64,000 nucleotides of DNA from Dehalococcoidia bacterium (lineage in GTDB: Bacteria; Chloroflexota; Dehalococcoidia; UBA2979): NCBI GenBank assembly GCA_963667465.2, contig CAXXDN010000001.1, positions 384,001 to 448,000 of the forward strand, in the 5' to 3' direction. Under the pieces are notes generated by a model. The model had not been told where the DNA came from. It saw nothing but the letters and a program-made list of their open reading frames with translations, and made no database searches. This document shows, one piece after another, positions 12,030 through 21,648 of this stretch. Within the stretch, counting starts at the first letter, position 1; each line of letters opens with the position of its first letter. Made by a program: the position numbers and the translations under genes.

Positions 12030-12602
12030 ATGGACCGAGATTCGGACCCCCGGACCGCCGCCTCGCCCGACGCCGCCGATCCCGCCCGCGCGGACGAGGC
12101 CCGCGACGCCTTCTCCGAGCTCTACGAGGCACACGCGACCCGCGTCTACCGCTACCTGCTCTCCCGCACCAGCAGCGTCAGCGACGCCGAGGAGCTCACC
12201 TCACGCACCTTCACCAACGCCTTCGCCAGCCTCGGCAGCTACCGCGGACGCGGCAAGTTCGAGTCCTGGCTGATGACCATCGCGCACAACCTGCTGGCCA
12301 ACTGGTACCGCGACCGTGGCCGCCGGCCGCAGGCGGCGCCGCTCGACGAGGCGCTCGCCGTCCCCTCGGACGCGCCGGGGCCGGAGTCGGCGCTCGAGAC
12401 CCTCGAGGAGACCCAGCGGGTGCGGGATGCGGCGGCGGCGCTTGCGCCCGACCGCCAGCGGCTGATCACGCTCAAGTACGTCGACGGCCTCACGAACGCC
12501 GAGATCGGCCGCATCCTCGGACGCAGCGAGGGCGCCGTGAAGGCCCTCCACCACCGCACGCTTCGCCAGCTCGCCCAGGCGCTCGCGGCCGACTCGGAGT
12601 AG
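12030..12602 (+). CDS. ECF RNA polymerase sigma factor
   Basis: AFSELYEAH, DAEELTSRTF, FESWLMTIAHN, region 4 EIGRILGRSEGAVKALHHR; ATG after GGAG. Confidence 0.9.
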   Translation: MDRDSDPRTAASPDAADPARADEARDAFSELYEAHATRVYRYLLSRTSSVSDAEELTSRTFTNAFASLGSYRGRGKFESWLMTIAHNLLANWYRDRGRRPQAAPLDEALAVPSDAPGPESALETLEETQRVRDAAAALAPDRQRLITLKYVDGLTNAEIGRILGRSEGAVKALHHRTLRQLAQALAADSE

Positions 12603-12687
12603 GCGAGTGCCTGGCGCTCTGGTGGCCGGGTGTGGCGGCAGCCGCGCCCGCTCGCTACGATCGCAGCACCCCGGAAGGGCGCCGACC

Positions 12688-13335
12688 ATGGACGTCAACT
12701 GGCTCGGACACGCCTGCGTGCGGCTGCGCACGCGGCAGGCCGCCGTGGTCATGGACCCGGCGAGCCGGGACGCCGGCTTCGACATGGGCCGGCCCGGCGC
12801 CGACATCGTCACGATCAGCCGCCACCATCCCTTCCACTCCCACGCCGCCGGCGTGCGCGGCCAACCGATCATCATCGACGGCCCCGGCGAGTACGAGATC
12901 GAGGGCGTGCAGCTCTTCGGCCTGCCGAGCCCGCTGCCGCGCGACGGCGAGGACGCGCCGAGCGAGCGCAACACCGCCTACGTCGTCGAGGCGGAGGGCC
13001 TGCACGTCGCGCACCTCGGTAGCGGCTGCGCGCCGCCACGCGAGGACGAGGCGGGGCTGTTCAGCAACATCGACATCCTGATCGTGCCGATCGGTGGCGA
13101 CGAGTCGGTCGCGCCGGAGCGGGCCGCCCGCACGGTGCGCGACCTGGAGCCGACGATCGTGATCCCCGTGGGTTATGACGGCCCCGCGGCCGAGGGCGAG
13201 CAGCCGCCCGCGCTGCGCGCCTTCCTCGACGCCACCGGCCTCAGCGGGGGCGAGCCGCTGGCGCGGCTGAGCATCCGCCCGCGCGGACTCGGCGAGGAGC
13301 AGCGCGTCGTCCTGCTGGAGGCCTCGCGCCGCTAA
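12688..13335 (+). CDS. MBL-fold metallo-hydrolase (lactamase-like, Zn-dependent)
   Basis: WLGHACVRL, MDP, ADIVTISRHHPFHS, DGPGEYEIEGV, DILIVPIGG. Confidence 0.85.
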   Translation: MDVNWLGHACVRLRTRQAAVVMDPASRDAGFDMGRPGADIVTISRHHPFHSHAAGVRGQPIIIDGPGEYEIEGVQLFGLPSPLPRDGEDAPSERNTAYVVEAEGLHVAHLGSGCAPPREDEAGLFSNIDILIVPIGGDESVAPERAARTVRDLEPTIVIPVGYDGPAAEGEQPPALRAFLDATGLSGGEPLARLSIRPRGLGEEQRVVLLEASRR

Positions 13336-13356
13336 CGATCCTCCGCGGCGGTGTCG

Positions 13357-14613
13357 TCAGGGCAGGTAGATCATCGGGTTGCGGCGCACGCCGTCCAGCT
13401 CGATCTCGAAGTGCAGGTGCGGGCCGGTGGTGCGCCCGGTCAGACCGGCGAAGCCCAGGACGGTGCCGGCCGTGACCTCGTCGCCACTCGACACCGCGAA
13501 GCTCGCGAGGTGGGCGTAGAGCGTCGTGAACCCGCCGTCGTGCTGCACCTCGACGTAGAGGCCGTAGGAGCAACAGCGCGTGCCACCCACGAAGATCACC
13601 GTGCCGTCCGCCGCCGCCTTGATCGGCGTACCAACGGGAGCCTTGATGTCGATCCCGAGCGGGTGGCTCGGACCGAAGTACGAGGTGATGCTGTCCCGGG
13701 TGGGCCAGACAAAGTTGAACGCCGAACTCGTCTGCGGCGCCGCAGCGACCGCGCTCGACGGCCCCGCTGTCGCTGCGGGAGCGGGACGGACCACGGCGGC
13801 GGGTCTCGCGACGATGCGCCCGCCGGGCACGAGAATCGTCGTGTCCGCGTAGATGCTGCCCTCCCGGTCCAGCCGGTTCACCTCGATGATGTCGACGATG
13901 CTGGCGGCGTAGCGCTCGGCGATCTCGAGCAGCGTCTCGCCGTAGCGGACACCGTGGAGGATGCCGCCCACGCTCGGCACCTGGATCTCATCTCCCACGC
14001 TGAGGAAATCCTCGTCGGGGATGATGTCGATGTTGTTCCAGAGGATGTAGTTGGAGGCGATGCCGAAGCGTTCGGCGATCCCGATCACGGTATCGCCCTC
14101 CTGCACCTCGTAGCGGAAGAACAGCGGGCGAGGTTGTGTCTCGCGCTCCCGGAGTTCCGCCTCGGCCGGCGCCGCCACGGCCCCCCGCAACGCCGCTCTC
14201 GCGAGGTCGGCCTCGGTAGCGGACTGATCTCCTGACGCGGCCGCCCCGGAAGAAAGCGTATCGGCTCCCGGATACGTGAGCAGTGCGTTGACGAGCGGCG
14301 GCTCAATCCGCTCCAGGGCGGGCAACGCCGGCGCCGCCGGCTGCTCCCAGCTGGTCGCGCCGGCCATGCCGGGCAGCGAGATCTGCGAGGTCCTCAGTGC
14401 GGGACTCGGCTGCGTCGAACTCACGGTTACCGGGAAGAACCCGGCGATCAGGACGAGGACCAGCACCAGGCCGACGAACGACGCGTACACCGCGGGCGGC
14501 GCCAGCGGCAGCCACGACAGGCCGGCGGCAGCGATCTGCCGCCGCTGCGACAACGGAAGCTCGCGCCCGGTCGGCGGGCGCGGTCGGGGGAGTACGGGGC
14601 CGATCCTGTTGAT
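13357..14613 (-). CDS. LysM x2 plus M23 peptidase (cell-wall hydrolase)
   Basis: YEVQEGDTVIGIAERFG and HGVRYGETLLEIAERY LysMs; HPLGIDI, TTGPHLHFE; probable ATC start at 14613 after GGAGGAGG (track uses TTG 14658). Confidence 0.9.
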   Translation of the reverse strand: MNRIGPVLPRPRPPTGRELPLSQRRQIAAAGLSWLPLAPPAVYASFVGLVLVLVLIAGFFPVTVSSTQPSPALRTSQISLPGMAGATSWEQPAAPALPALERIEPPLVNALLTYPGADTLSSGAAASGDQSATEADLARAALRGAVAAPAEAELRERETQPRPLFFRYEVQEGDTVIGIAERFGIASNYILWNNIDIIPDEDFLSVGDEIQVPSVGGILHGVRYGETLLEIAERYAASIVDIIEVNRLDREGSIYADTTILVPGGRIVARPAAVVRPAPAATAGPSSAVAAAPQTSSAFNFVWPTRDSITSYFGPSHPLGIDIKAPVGTPIKAAADGTVIFVGGTRCCSYGLYVEVQHDGGFTTLYAHLASFAVSSGDEVTAGTVLGFAGLTGRTTGPHLHFEIELDGVRRNPMIYLP

Positions 14614-14663
14614 GCGCGCCTCCTCCGGCCGGAGGCGGCCACCCCCGAGGCCGCGCAAATCAA

Positions 14664-14708
14664 CCGTCCGGGTAGCGATCTACCCGACGGGAAAGCAGGA
14701 TCTTAGCA
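14664..14708 (-). promoter_or_regulatory. Extended -10 promoter and 5' hairpin for LysM/M23 gene
   Basis: TGcTAAGAT on minus strand at 14700-14708; hairpin ccgtccgggtagcgatctacccgacgg. Confidence 0.5.
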
Positions 14709-14779
14709 CGAGACCAGGTGATGAGCCGCGCCGCGGCGGGTGCGTGGGAAGTCGCGGGCGTTCCGCCCGGCCTTCCCGG

Positions 14780-16234
14780 CTAGAGGATCCCGGACTTCAG
14801 ATTGCCGAGGAACTCCTCGTTGGTTTCGGTCTTCGTGACACGCTCGAGCACGTCCTCGGTGGCGTCGGTGCCGTTGTCGCTGACCATCGCGGCCATGCGC
14901 CGCAGCAGCCAGACCTGGCGCAGTTGCTCCTCCGAGAACAGCAGATCCTCGCGGCGCGTCGAAGAGGCGAAGATGTCGATCGCCGGGTAGACGCGCTTCT
15001 CGGCGAGCCGCCGGTCGAGCCGGATCTCCATGTTCCCGGTGCCCTTGAACTCCTCGAAGATCACGTCGTCCATGCGCGAGCCGGTTTCCACGAGGCAGGT
15101 GGCGATGATCGTCAGCGAGCCGCCTTCCTCGATGTTGCGCGCGGAGCCAAAGAAGCGCTTCGGCGGGTACAGCGCGATCGGGTCGATGCCGCCCGAGAGG
15201 GTGCGTCCGCTGGCCGGAATCGCAAGGTTGTAGGCGCGCGCCAGGCGGGTGATCGAGTCCATCAGGATCACCACGTCCGTGCCGCCCTCGACGAGCCGCC
15301 GCGCCCGCTCGATCGCCACCTCGGCGACGCGCGTGTGGTCCTCGACCGGCTCATCGAAGGTGGAGGCGATCACTTCGCCGCGCACGGAGCGGCGCATGTC
15401 CGTGACCTCCTCCGGGCGCTCGCCGACGAGCAGCACCATGAGATGGACCTCGGGGTTGTTGATCGCGACGCCGTGCGCGATCGACTTGAGCAGCATCGTC
15501 TTGCCGGCCTTCGGCGGCGAGACGATGAGCCCGCGCTGCCCGCGCCCAACCGGCGAGAACAGATCGACAATGCGCTGGCTCAGCTCGCTGCTGTCAGTCT
15601 CGAGTGACAGCATGTCGTCCGGGAAGATCGGCGTGAGCTCCTCGAAGTTGGGGCGCCGCCGCGCGACTTCCGGATCGACGCCGTTGACGGCCTCGACGCG
15701 AAGCAGACCGTAGTACTTCTCCGAGTCCTTGGGCTGGCGCACCTGGCCGGTGACGTAGTCGCCGCCGCGCAGCGCGAAGCGCCGGATCTGGGACTGGGAG
15801 ACGTAGACATCGTTCGGCCCCGGCACCAGCCGCTCGCCGCGCAGGAAGCCGAACCCGTCATCGACGATGGCGAGCACGCCGCCCGCGTAGATCGTCCCCT
15901 GGCGCTCCGCCTGGTTGCGCAGGATCCGGAAGAGCAAGTCCTGCTTGGCGAAGCTCTGCGGGTTCTCAATCCCTTGCTCGGTGGCGAGTTCGAGCAGCTG
16001 GTCCAGTGTCTGCGCCTCGAGGTCCGCGATGTCGAGGCTCTTGGGCGGTGGCCCGTCGGGGCGGGGAGCACGCTCGCGGCGCCGCCAGCGACCGCCATTG
16101 CGGCTCTCGCGACCCTCGCGGCCGTCGCGGTTCTCGCGCGGCTCACGGCCTTCGGCGGCGCGGGTCGCGTCGCCAGGCTCTTCGGCAGTGCGGGTGGACG
16201 CTTCTCGGCGCCCCCGTGGAGAAGAAGGTGTCAT
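14780..16234 (-). CDS. rho: Transcription termination factor Rho
   Basis: [52 protein letters not shown]. Confidence 0.98.
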   Translation of the reverse strand: MTPSSPRGRREASTRTAEEPGDATRAAEGREPRENRDGREGRESRNGGRWRRRERAPRPDGPPPKSLDIADLEAQTLDQLLELATEQGIENPQSFAKQDLLFRILRNQAERQGTIYAGGVLAIVDDGFGFLRGERLVPGPNDVYVSQSQIRRFALRGGDYVTGQVRQPKDSEKYYGLLRVEAVNGVDPEVARRRPNFEELTPIFPDDMLSLETDSSELSQRIVDLFSPVGRGQRGLIVSPPKAGKTMLLKSIAHGVAINNPEVHLMVLLVGERPEEVTDMRRSVRGEVIASTFDEPVEDHTRVAEVAIERARRLVEGGTDVVILMDSITRLARAYNLAIPASGRTLSGGIDPIALYPPKRFFGSARNIEEGGSLTIIATCLVETGSRMDDVIFEEFKGTGNMEIRLDRRLAEKRVYPAIDIFASSTRREDLLFSEEQLRQVWLLRRMAAMVSDNGTDATEDVLERVTKTETNEEFLGNLKSGIL

Positions 16235-16491
16235 GCGCGTTATGCGCCGTCCTGTTCGACGGCATCCAAAACCGGGGACAAGTGGACGGTGTGTAGTCTA
16301 CCGCACTCTGCAGCGGATTGCACAGAGGGGGCTCGCCGCGTTCCAGCGGAGCGGGGACGCTGACCCGGCTTCATACAAAACCGCCCGCCGGTCGCCCTCC
16401 TCGGCCGACCCCCTCGCAGCCGGGGGATGATGCAGCGCGAGGGTTGCAGGCCGTAGCCTGAACGGGCAGCGGCGGCGGCAGGAGCCTCGCG

Positions 16492-18249
16492 ATGCACGAA
16501 CAGGTACTCGTCGGCGAACTCACGGTGATCGGCGTGCTTGCCGTCGCGACGGCGCTCGGACTGCACCGCCTCGGGTTGCCCGCGACCATTGGTTTCCTGA
16601 TCACCGGCAGCATCGCGGGCCCGCACGGCCTCCACCTCGTCAGCAACACCGACCGCATCATGCAGATCGCCGAGCTCGGCGTGATCCTGTTGCTCTTCGC
16701 GATCGGGCTCGAGTTCTCGCTCTCGCGGCTGCGCTTCATCTGGCGCGCCGTGGCGATCGGCGGCTCGCTGCAGGTCGGCGCCACGGCGGCGGCGGCGCTC
16801 GCGATCCTCGCGATTGCCGGCGACAGCGTAGAACGCGGTCTCGTCTTCGGGTTCATCGTGGCGCTCTCGAGCACCGTCGTCGTACTGCGCGTGCTGTCGG
16901 TGCGAGGCGAGCTGGCCGCCCCGCACGGCCGCTTCACCGTCGGCGCGCTGATCTACCAGGATCTGCTGATCATCCCGCTGACGCTCCTCGTGCCGGTCCT
17001 CGCCAGCGGGGACGGCAGCGGCTTCCTGCTCGATGCCGGCTGGGCGCTGCTACGCGCCACGCTGGCGATGGCGGTCCTGCTCGGTGTCGCCCGCGTCCTG
17101 ATCCCGCGGCTGTTCGCGGCGGTGGACGCGACCCGCACCCGCGAGGTGTTCCTGCTGACCGTGATCTCGGTCGCCCTCGGCTCCGCCTGGCTGATGAACC
17201 AGCTCGGGCTCTCCGTCGCACTGGGCGCCTTCCTCGCCGGCCTGCTGCTCGCCGATACCGACTACCGGCATCGCGCCACCAGCGACATCATCCCGCTGCG
17301 CGACGTCTTCACGAGCTTCTTCTTCATCTCGCTCGGCATGCTGGTCGACTGGCGGGTGTTCGTGGAGCAGCCGCTCCTCGCGCTCCTGATCGTGCTCGGA
17401 TTGGTTCCCGGCAAGGCGCTGATCGCCTCGCTCGCGGCGGTCACGATGCGCTACCCGGCGCAGGCGGCGTGGCGGGCGGGCTTCTACCTCGCGCAGTTCG
17501 GCGAGTTTGGCTACGTGGTCCTGATCCTCGGGGCGAACGAGGGGCTGATCACGTCCGACGAGGTACGGCTGATCGTCACCACGGGCGTCGTCAGCATCAT
17601 GCTGTCGCGGCTGCTCATGCGCTGGACCGGCGAGATGCACGCCGGCGAGGTACTGCTCCGCCCGCTCGAGCGGCTCCTGCGCGTGCGCGGCATCGACGAG
17701 CCGACACCTGATGACGCCGCACTCGCCGGACATGTCGTCGTCGCCGGGTTCGGCGTTGCCGGCCAGTTGCTCTCCCGCACGCTGGCGCGAGCGGGCATCC
17801 CCTACGTCGTACTCGAGCTCAACGCCGAGACCGTGCGCGAAGCGCGCCTGGGGCACGAGCACGTCTACTACGGCGACGTCACCAGCCGGGAAGTGCTGGA
17901 GCACGCGCGGCTCGCACACGCCCGCGCCCTGGTGCTGCTGATCAACGACCCGCCCGCCGCACGCAGCGCGATCGGCGCCGCACGCGAGGAAAGCCCGGAG
18001 ATCCCGATCCTCGTGCGCACGCGCTTCGTCGCCGAGCGGGAGGGCCTGCTCGCGCTCGGCGCCGATCTCGTGGTCTGCGAGGAGCTCGAGAGCGGCGTCG
18101 AGATGTCCGCCCACGTCCTGCGCGTGCTCGGCCTCGATGCTCCGGCGATCCGCCATCGCGTCGGCGAGATGCTGACCGACACGGAGGGCGCCGATCTGAC
18201 GGGAGGCAGCGGGGAGTGGATCCAGGCGCTGGGCGACCGCTCGCGCTAG
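16492..18249 (+). CDS. CPA2 cation:proton antiporter with TrkA-N domain (KefC-like)
   Basis: AELGVILLLFAIGLEFS, LSSTVVV, QDL, LAQFGEFGYV, VAGFGVAGQ, YYGD. Confidence 0.92.
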   Translation: MHEQVLVGELTVIGVLAVATALGLHRLGLPATIGFLITGSIAGPHGLHLVSNTDRIMQIAELGVILLLFAIGLEFSLSRLRFIWRAVAIGGSLQVGATAAAALAILAIAGDSVERGLVFGFIVALSSTVVVLRVLSVRGELAAPHGRFTVGALIYQDLLIIPLTLLVPVLASGDGSGFLLDAGWALLRATLAMAVLLGVARVLIPRLFAAVDATRTREVFLLTVISVALGSAWLMNQLGLSVALGAFLAGLLLADTDYRHRATSDIIPLRDVFTSFFFISLGMLVDWRVFVEQPLLALLIVLGLVPGKALIASLAAVTMRYPAQAAWRAGFYLAQFGEFGYVVLILGANEGLITSDEVRLIVTTGVVSIMLSRLLMRWTGEMHAGEVLLRPLERLLRVRGIDEPTPDDAALAGHVVVAGFGVAGQLLSRTLARAGIPYVVLELNAETVREARLGHEHVYYGDVTSREVLEHARLAHARALVLLINDPPAARSAIGAAREESPEIPILVRTRFVAEREGLLALGADLVVCEELESGVEMSAHVLRVLGLDAPAIRHRVGEMLTDTEGADLTGGSGEWIQALGDRSR

Positions 18250-18272
18250 CGGTGTCCCGGGCCTCCCGTTGC

Positions 18273-18740
18273 TCAGAACGGCTTGTAGATCGCCAGCCAG
18301 GTCATCACCGGCACCGTCACGACCATCAGCGTGCCGAAGACCACCGGCACGCGGTCGTTGATCGCGTCCTCGAGTTCCCGGGTGGTCTCGCCTCGCTTCT
18401 TTGCCTGCAGCGCCAGCAGCCGCACCCGCCGCAGCCCGACGCCGAGCAGCGGCAGGAAGATGAAGACGTCGACGGCGTAGATCAGCTCGAGCGCCAGCAG
18501 CCAGCCGGTGGTCACGAGATTGGTGTTCTCCGAGGCCGCCCAGGCGAAGCCGGTCAGCCCCGTGGCCAGCAGGCCGGAGAGCAGCCAGCGCGTCTCGTTC
18601 TGCTGCGCCTCGGTCAGCAGCGTGGCGCGCAGGTTGATGTCAGAGGTGGCCCAGGCGCGCCAGACGGCAACCATCACGGAGCCGAGTCCGGCCATCATCC
18701 AGAACAGCGCCAGCACGTGCAGCAAGCGGAAGAAGGTCAT
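18273..18740 (-). CDS. DUF2269-like four-TM membrane protein
   Basis: LLHVLA start, four hydrophobic helices, C-terminal LAIYKPF. Confidence 0.65.
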   Translation of the reverse strand: MTFFRLLHVLALFWMMAGLGSVMVAVWRAWATSDINLRATLLTEAQQNETRWLLSGLLATGLTGFAWAASENTNLVTTGWLLALELIYAVDVFIFLPLLGVGLRRVRLLALQAKKRGETTRELEDAINDRVPVVFGTLMVVTVPVMTWLAIYKPF

Positions 18741-18788
18741 CGTGGCTCCGCGATTCGGGCGCGCTCGCCCCGGCTCAGCGCCTCACGC

Positions 18789-20429
18789 TCACGACGTCGC
18801 CGCCTGCGAGGCCGCCTCCCGCGCGGCGCCGGCGCGGTACTCCAGCGCCGCCCCCACGAAGTCGCGGAACAGCGGCTGCGGGCGCAGCGGGCGCGAGGTG
18901 AACTCCGGATGGAACTGCGTCCCGAGCATCCAGGGATGGTCGCGCAACTCCATGATCTCGACCAGCTCGCCGTTCGGCGAGCAGCCGGAGGCGATCAGGC
19001 CGTGCTGCTCCAGCACCGGCAGCAGGGCGTTGTTCACCTCGTACCGGTGGCGGTGCCGCTCGCGCACCCGCTCCCGGCCGTAGGCCGCCGCGGCGTGCGT
19101 ACCCTCGACCAGCCGGCAGTCGAAGCCGCCGAGGCGCATCGTCCCGCCGTAGTCCTCGATGCCGCGCTGCTCGGAGAGCAGCGAGATCACCGGGAACGGG
19201 GTCCGCGGATCGGCTTCCGTGGTGTTGGCCTCGGGCATCCCCGCAACGTTGCGGGCGAACTCGCAGACCATCATCTGCAGGCCCAGGCAGACGCCGAAGT
19301 AGGGGATGCGCCGCTCACGCGCATACGTCGCGGCGGAGATCTTGCCCTCCAGCCCGCGGTCGCCGAAGCCCGGACAGACGAGGATGCCGTCGACCTCGCC
19401 GATCGCCTCCTCGGGCGACCGCGTGTCGAGCTCCTCGGAATGCACCCAGTGGAAGTTGATCCGCACGCGATGGAAGACGGCGGCGTGGATCAGTGCCTCG
19501 CGGATCGAGAGGTAGGCGTCATGCAGCTCCACGTACTTGCCGACCACGGCAATGCGCACCTCGGAGTCCGGGTTGCGCAACCGCTCGACGAAGTCGCGCC
19601 AGTCGTCCAGGTCGGACACGGGGGTCTCGATACCGATGCGCTGCAGCACCAGGTCGGCGAGCCCGCACGCCTCGAGGACCAACGGGATTTCGTAGATCGA
19701 GTCAGCCGTCTGGAGGGGAATGACCGCCTCGCGCTCCACGTTGCAGAAGAGGCCGATCTTCTCGCGCAGCGCCTCCGGCGCCGGTTGGTCGGCGCGAGCG
19801 ATGATCACGTCCGGCTGGATGCCGAAGGAGCGCAGCTCCCGCACCGAGTGCTGCGTCGGCTTGGTCTTCAGCTCGCGCGTCGAGCCGATGTAGGGCAGCA
19901 ACGTCACATGGATCGAGGCCGTCGCGTCCACGCCCAGCGTGTGCCGCATCTGCCCGATCGCCTCGATGAACGGCTGGCTCTCGATGTCGCCGATGGTGCC
20001 GCCGACCTCGACGATCACGATCTCGGCGTCCAGCGCGCTGCCAGCCTCGCGGATGCGCTTGCGAATCTCGTTGGTGACGTGCGGGATCTGCTGGATGGTG
20101 CCGCCGAGGAAGTCGCCCTTCCGCTCCTTGCGGATCACCTCCTCGTAGATCTGGCCGGAGGAGGTGGAGTTGGCCTGCGAGAAGTTCTCGTCGAGGAAGC
20201 GCTCGTAGTGACCGAGGTCCAGGTCGGTCTCGGCGCCGTCGTCGGTGACGAAGACCTCGCCGTGCTGGTAGGGCGACATCGTGCCGGGGTCGACGTTGAT
20301 GTAGGGGTCGAGTTTGAGGACGGAGACACGGAGGCCGCGGGCGCGCAGGATGCGGCCGAGCGAGGCGGTGACGATCCCCTTCCCGACGGAGCTCACGACG
20401 CCGCCCGTGACGAAGATGTACTTCGGCAT
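18789..20429 (-). CDS. pyrG: CTP synthase
   Basis: KYIFVTGGVVSSVGKG, DPYINVDPGTMSP, GVCLGLQ, QFHPEF. Confidence 0.98.
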   Translation of the reverse strand: MPKYIFVTGGVVSSVGKGIVTASLGRILRARGLRVSVLKLDPYINVDPGTMSPYQHGEVFVTDDGAETDLDLGHYERFLDENFSQANSTSSGQIYEEVIRKERKGDFLGGTIQQIPHVTNEIRKRIREAGSALDAEIVIVEVGGTIGDIESQPFIEAIGQMRHTLGVDATASIHVTLLPYIGSTRELKTKPTQHSVRELRSFGIQPDVIIARADQPAPEALREKIGLFCNVEREAVIPLQTADSIYEIPLVLEACGLADLVLQRIGIETPVSDLDDWRDFVERLRNPDSEVRIAVVGKYVELHDAYLSIREALIHAAVFHRVRINFHWVHSEELDTRSPEEAIGEVDGILVCPGFGDRGLEGKISAATYARERRIPYFGVCLGLQMMVCEFARNVAGMPEANTTEADPRTPFPVISLLSEQRGIEDYGGTMRLGGFDCRLVEGTHAAAAYGRERVRERHRHRYEVNNALLPVLEQHGLIASGCSPNGELVEIMELRDHPWMLGTQFHPEFTSRPLRPQPLFRDFVGAALEYRAGAAREAASQAATS

Positions 20430-20525
20430 CAGCCCTCGGATGGTTGGGGAGGACACGGACCATATTCCGCGCGCGCCGCGAAGGTGTCAACGATCAGGGG
20501 GCGCGCGGCGCTCATGAGCAGGCCG

Positions 20526-20915
20526 CTACGGATCGCCTGTGTAGTCCTCTAGCTCGTCCAACGCCGGGGCGCGTCCGATACCCCAGAGGGTCACATCCCG
20601 ACTTCGCTCGAAATCAGCATGGAACTCGAACCAGACCATGCACTCCGGCACATCCGGGAATCCGGGCTCCGTGAGGAGCAGCCCTTCGCGGATCGGTTCG
20701 TCGCCCTCAACGACTCTGATTCGGGGGTGCTCCCGGCTCTCCCGGTACGCCTCGATCTCGCGATCGAGGACATGCTTGATGCCGCGCTCGAGCAGGTACA
20801 GCCGCGCGACGGCTCCCGGGACCAGCGAGCGGAGTTGCCCCGAGAACTCGGATGTTACCTCGAAGTGGTGTGTCCAGCGGCCGTGCGGCTGCTCACGAGG
20901 AAGATCTCGTGGCAC
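20526..20915 (-). CDS. Hypothetical protein, candidate toxin (possibly RelE-like fold)
   Basis: Overlaps end of Panacea gene; lower GC; pattern FEVTSEF..QL..L ... CMVWFEF...DVTLWGI. Confidence 0.55.
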   Translation of the reverse strand: MPRDLPREQPHGRWTHHFEVTSEFSGQLRSLVPGAVARLYLLERGIKHVLDREIEAYRESREHPRIRVVEGDEPIREGLLLTEPGFPDVPECMVWFEFHADFERSRDVTLWGIGRAPALDELEDYTGDP

Positions 20916-21462
20916 GTCGTTCCGTTCGCGCCCGCTCCCACGCAGCGACCTCGGTCGGCGTGGGCTGGCGATCCGAGATGTAGACGGTCTCGTACGGGAT
21001 CTCCTCGCGATCTCGCGCGAGCCTCCAGCCCGCCTCGAGGTGCGATAGCGCGCTCACCTGCGATGCGTTGAGGTCCCCAAGCTCGGTCAGGACCGCATCA
21101 ACAATGGCGATCTCCGCAGAATCGAGGATCTCCCTTGCGTCAGACTTCCGCAGTGGCCGAACCACCTTCTGGGGACGATTGAAGTAACGCCGCTCCACTC
21201 GCTCGATTTCTCCCTCTGCTTCCATCAAGCGGAGGGCGGGGAGCAGTTCCCTGGGGGCGGGCCCCCTGTCCAGGCGCTGGTACGTGGCGCCCGTGATCGA
21301 CTCGCCGAGCATGCCAAACGCCTTGAAGTCGCTGAAGTACAGAATCTTGTTGAGCTTCGTGGCTCCGAAGCGAGGGTCGTCCTCCGACTCCTCGGCCACG
21401 TAGAGAACGACTTCCCGGAACTTCCTGTTGTCGAAGCTCGTCGCCAGAGCCACCCTCCACAT
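20893..21462 (-). CDS. Panacea (DUF4065/SocA-like) domain antitoxin
   Basis: KFREVVLYV, GATKLNKILYFSDF, ITGATYQRLDRGPAP, SALSH...W...IPY; start uncertain (21453-21501). Confidence 0.88.
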   Translation of the reverse strand: MWRVALATSFDNRKFREVVLYVAEESEDDPRFGATKLNKILYFSDFKAFGMLGESITGATYQRLDRGPAPRELLPALRLMEAEGEIERVERRYFNRPQKVVRPLRKSDAREILDSAEIAIVDAVLTELGDLNASQVSALSHLEAGWRLARDREEIPYETVYISDRQPTPTEVAAWERARTERRATRSSS

Positions 21463-21648
21463 ATCGTGACCGGCCTTGCACCGGACAGGCCGCTGATCCA
21501 CGGCTCACCTGCCAATACACTCTAGCCCTGTGCCGACCGCCCTGCCAAGACGGCTCTCGGCAGTTTCTTGCCGACGCTGTACGCCCCCCGTACGCTGAGC
21601 CGTGCGCTATCGAGGGTCCCGAGGCCCGCGATTAGAGAGGCCCCACGG

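Noticed and set aside
14660-14780. c-di-AMP (ydaO) riboswitch before the LysM/M23 gene, and CIRCE half-site TTAGCAC at 14703
   Set aside because: ydaO conserved blocks are absent; the half-site has no partner arm and coincides with a minus-strand -10
16235-16491. Possible ncRNA in rho/antiporter spacer
   Set aside because: Only short GC hairpins; explained by divergent promoters and the rho leader
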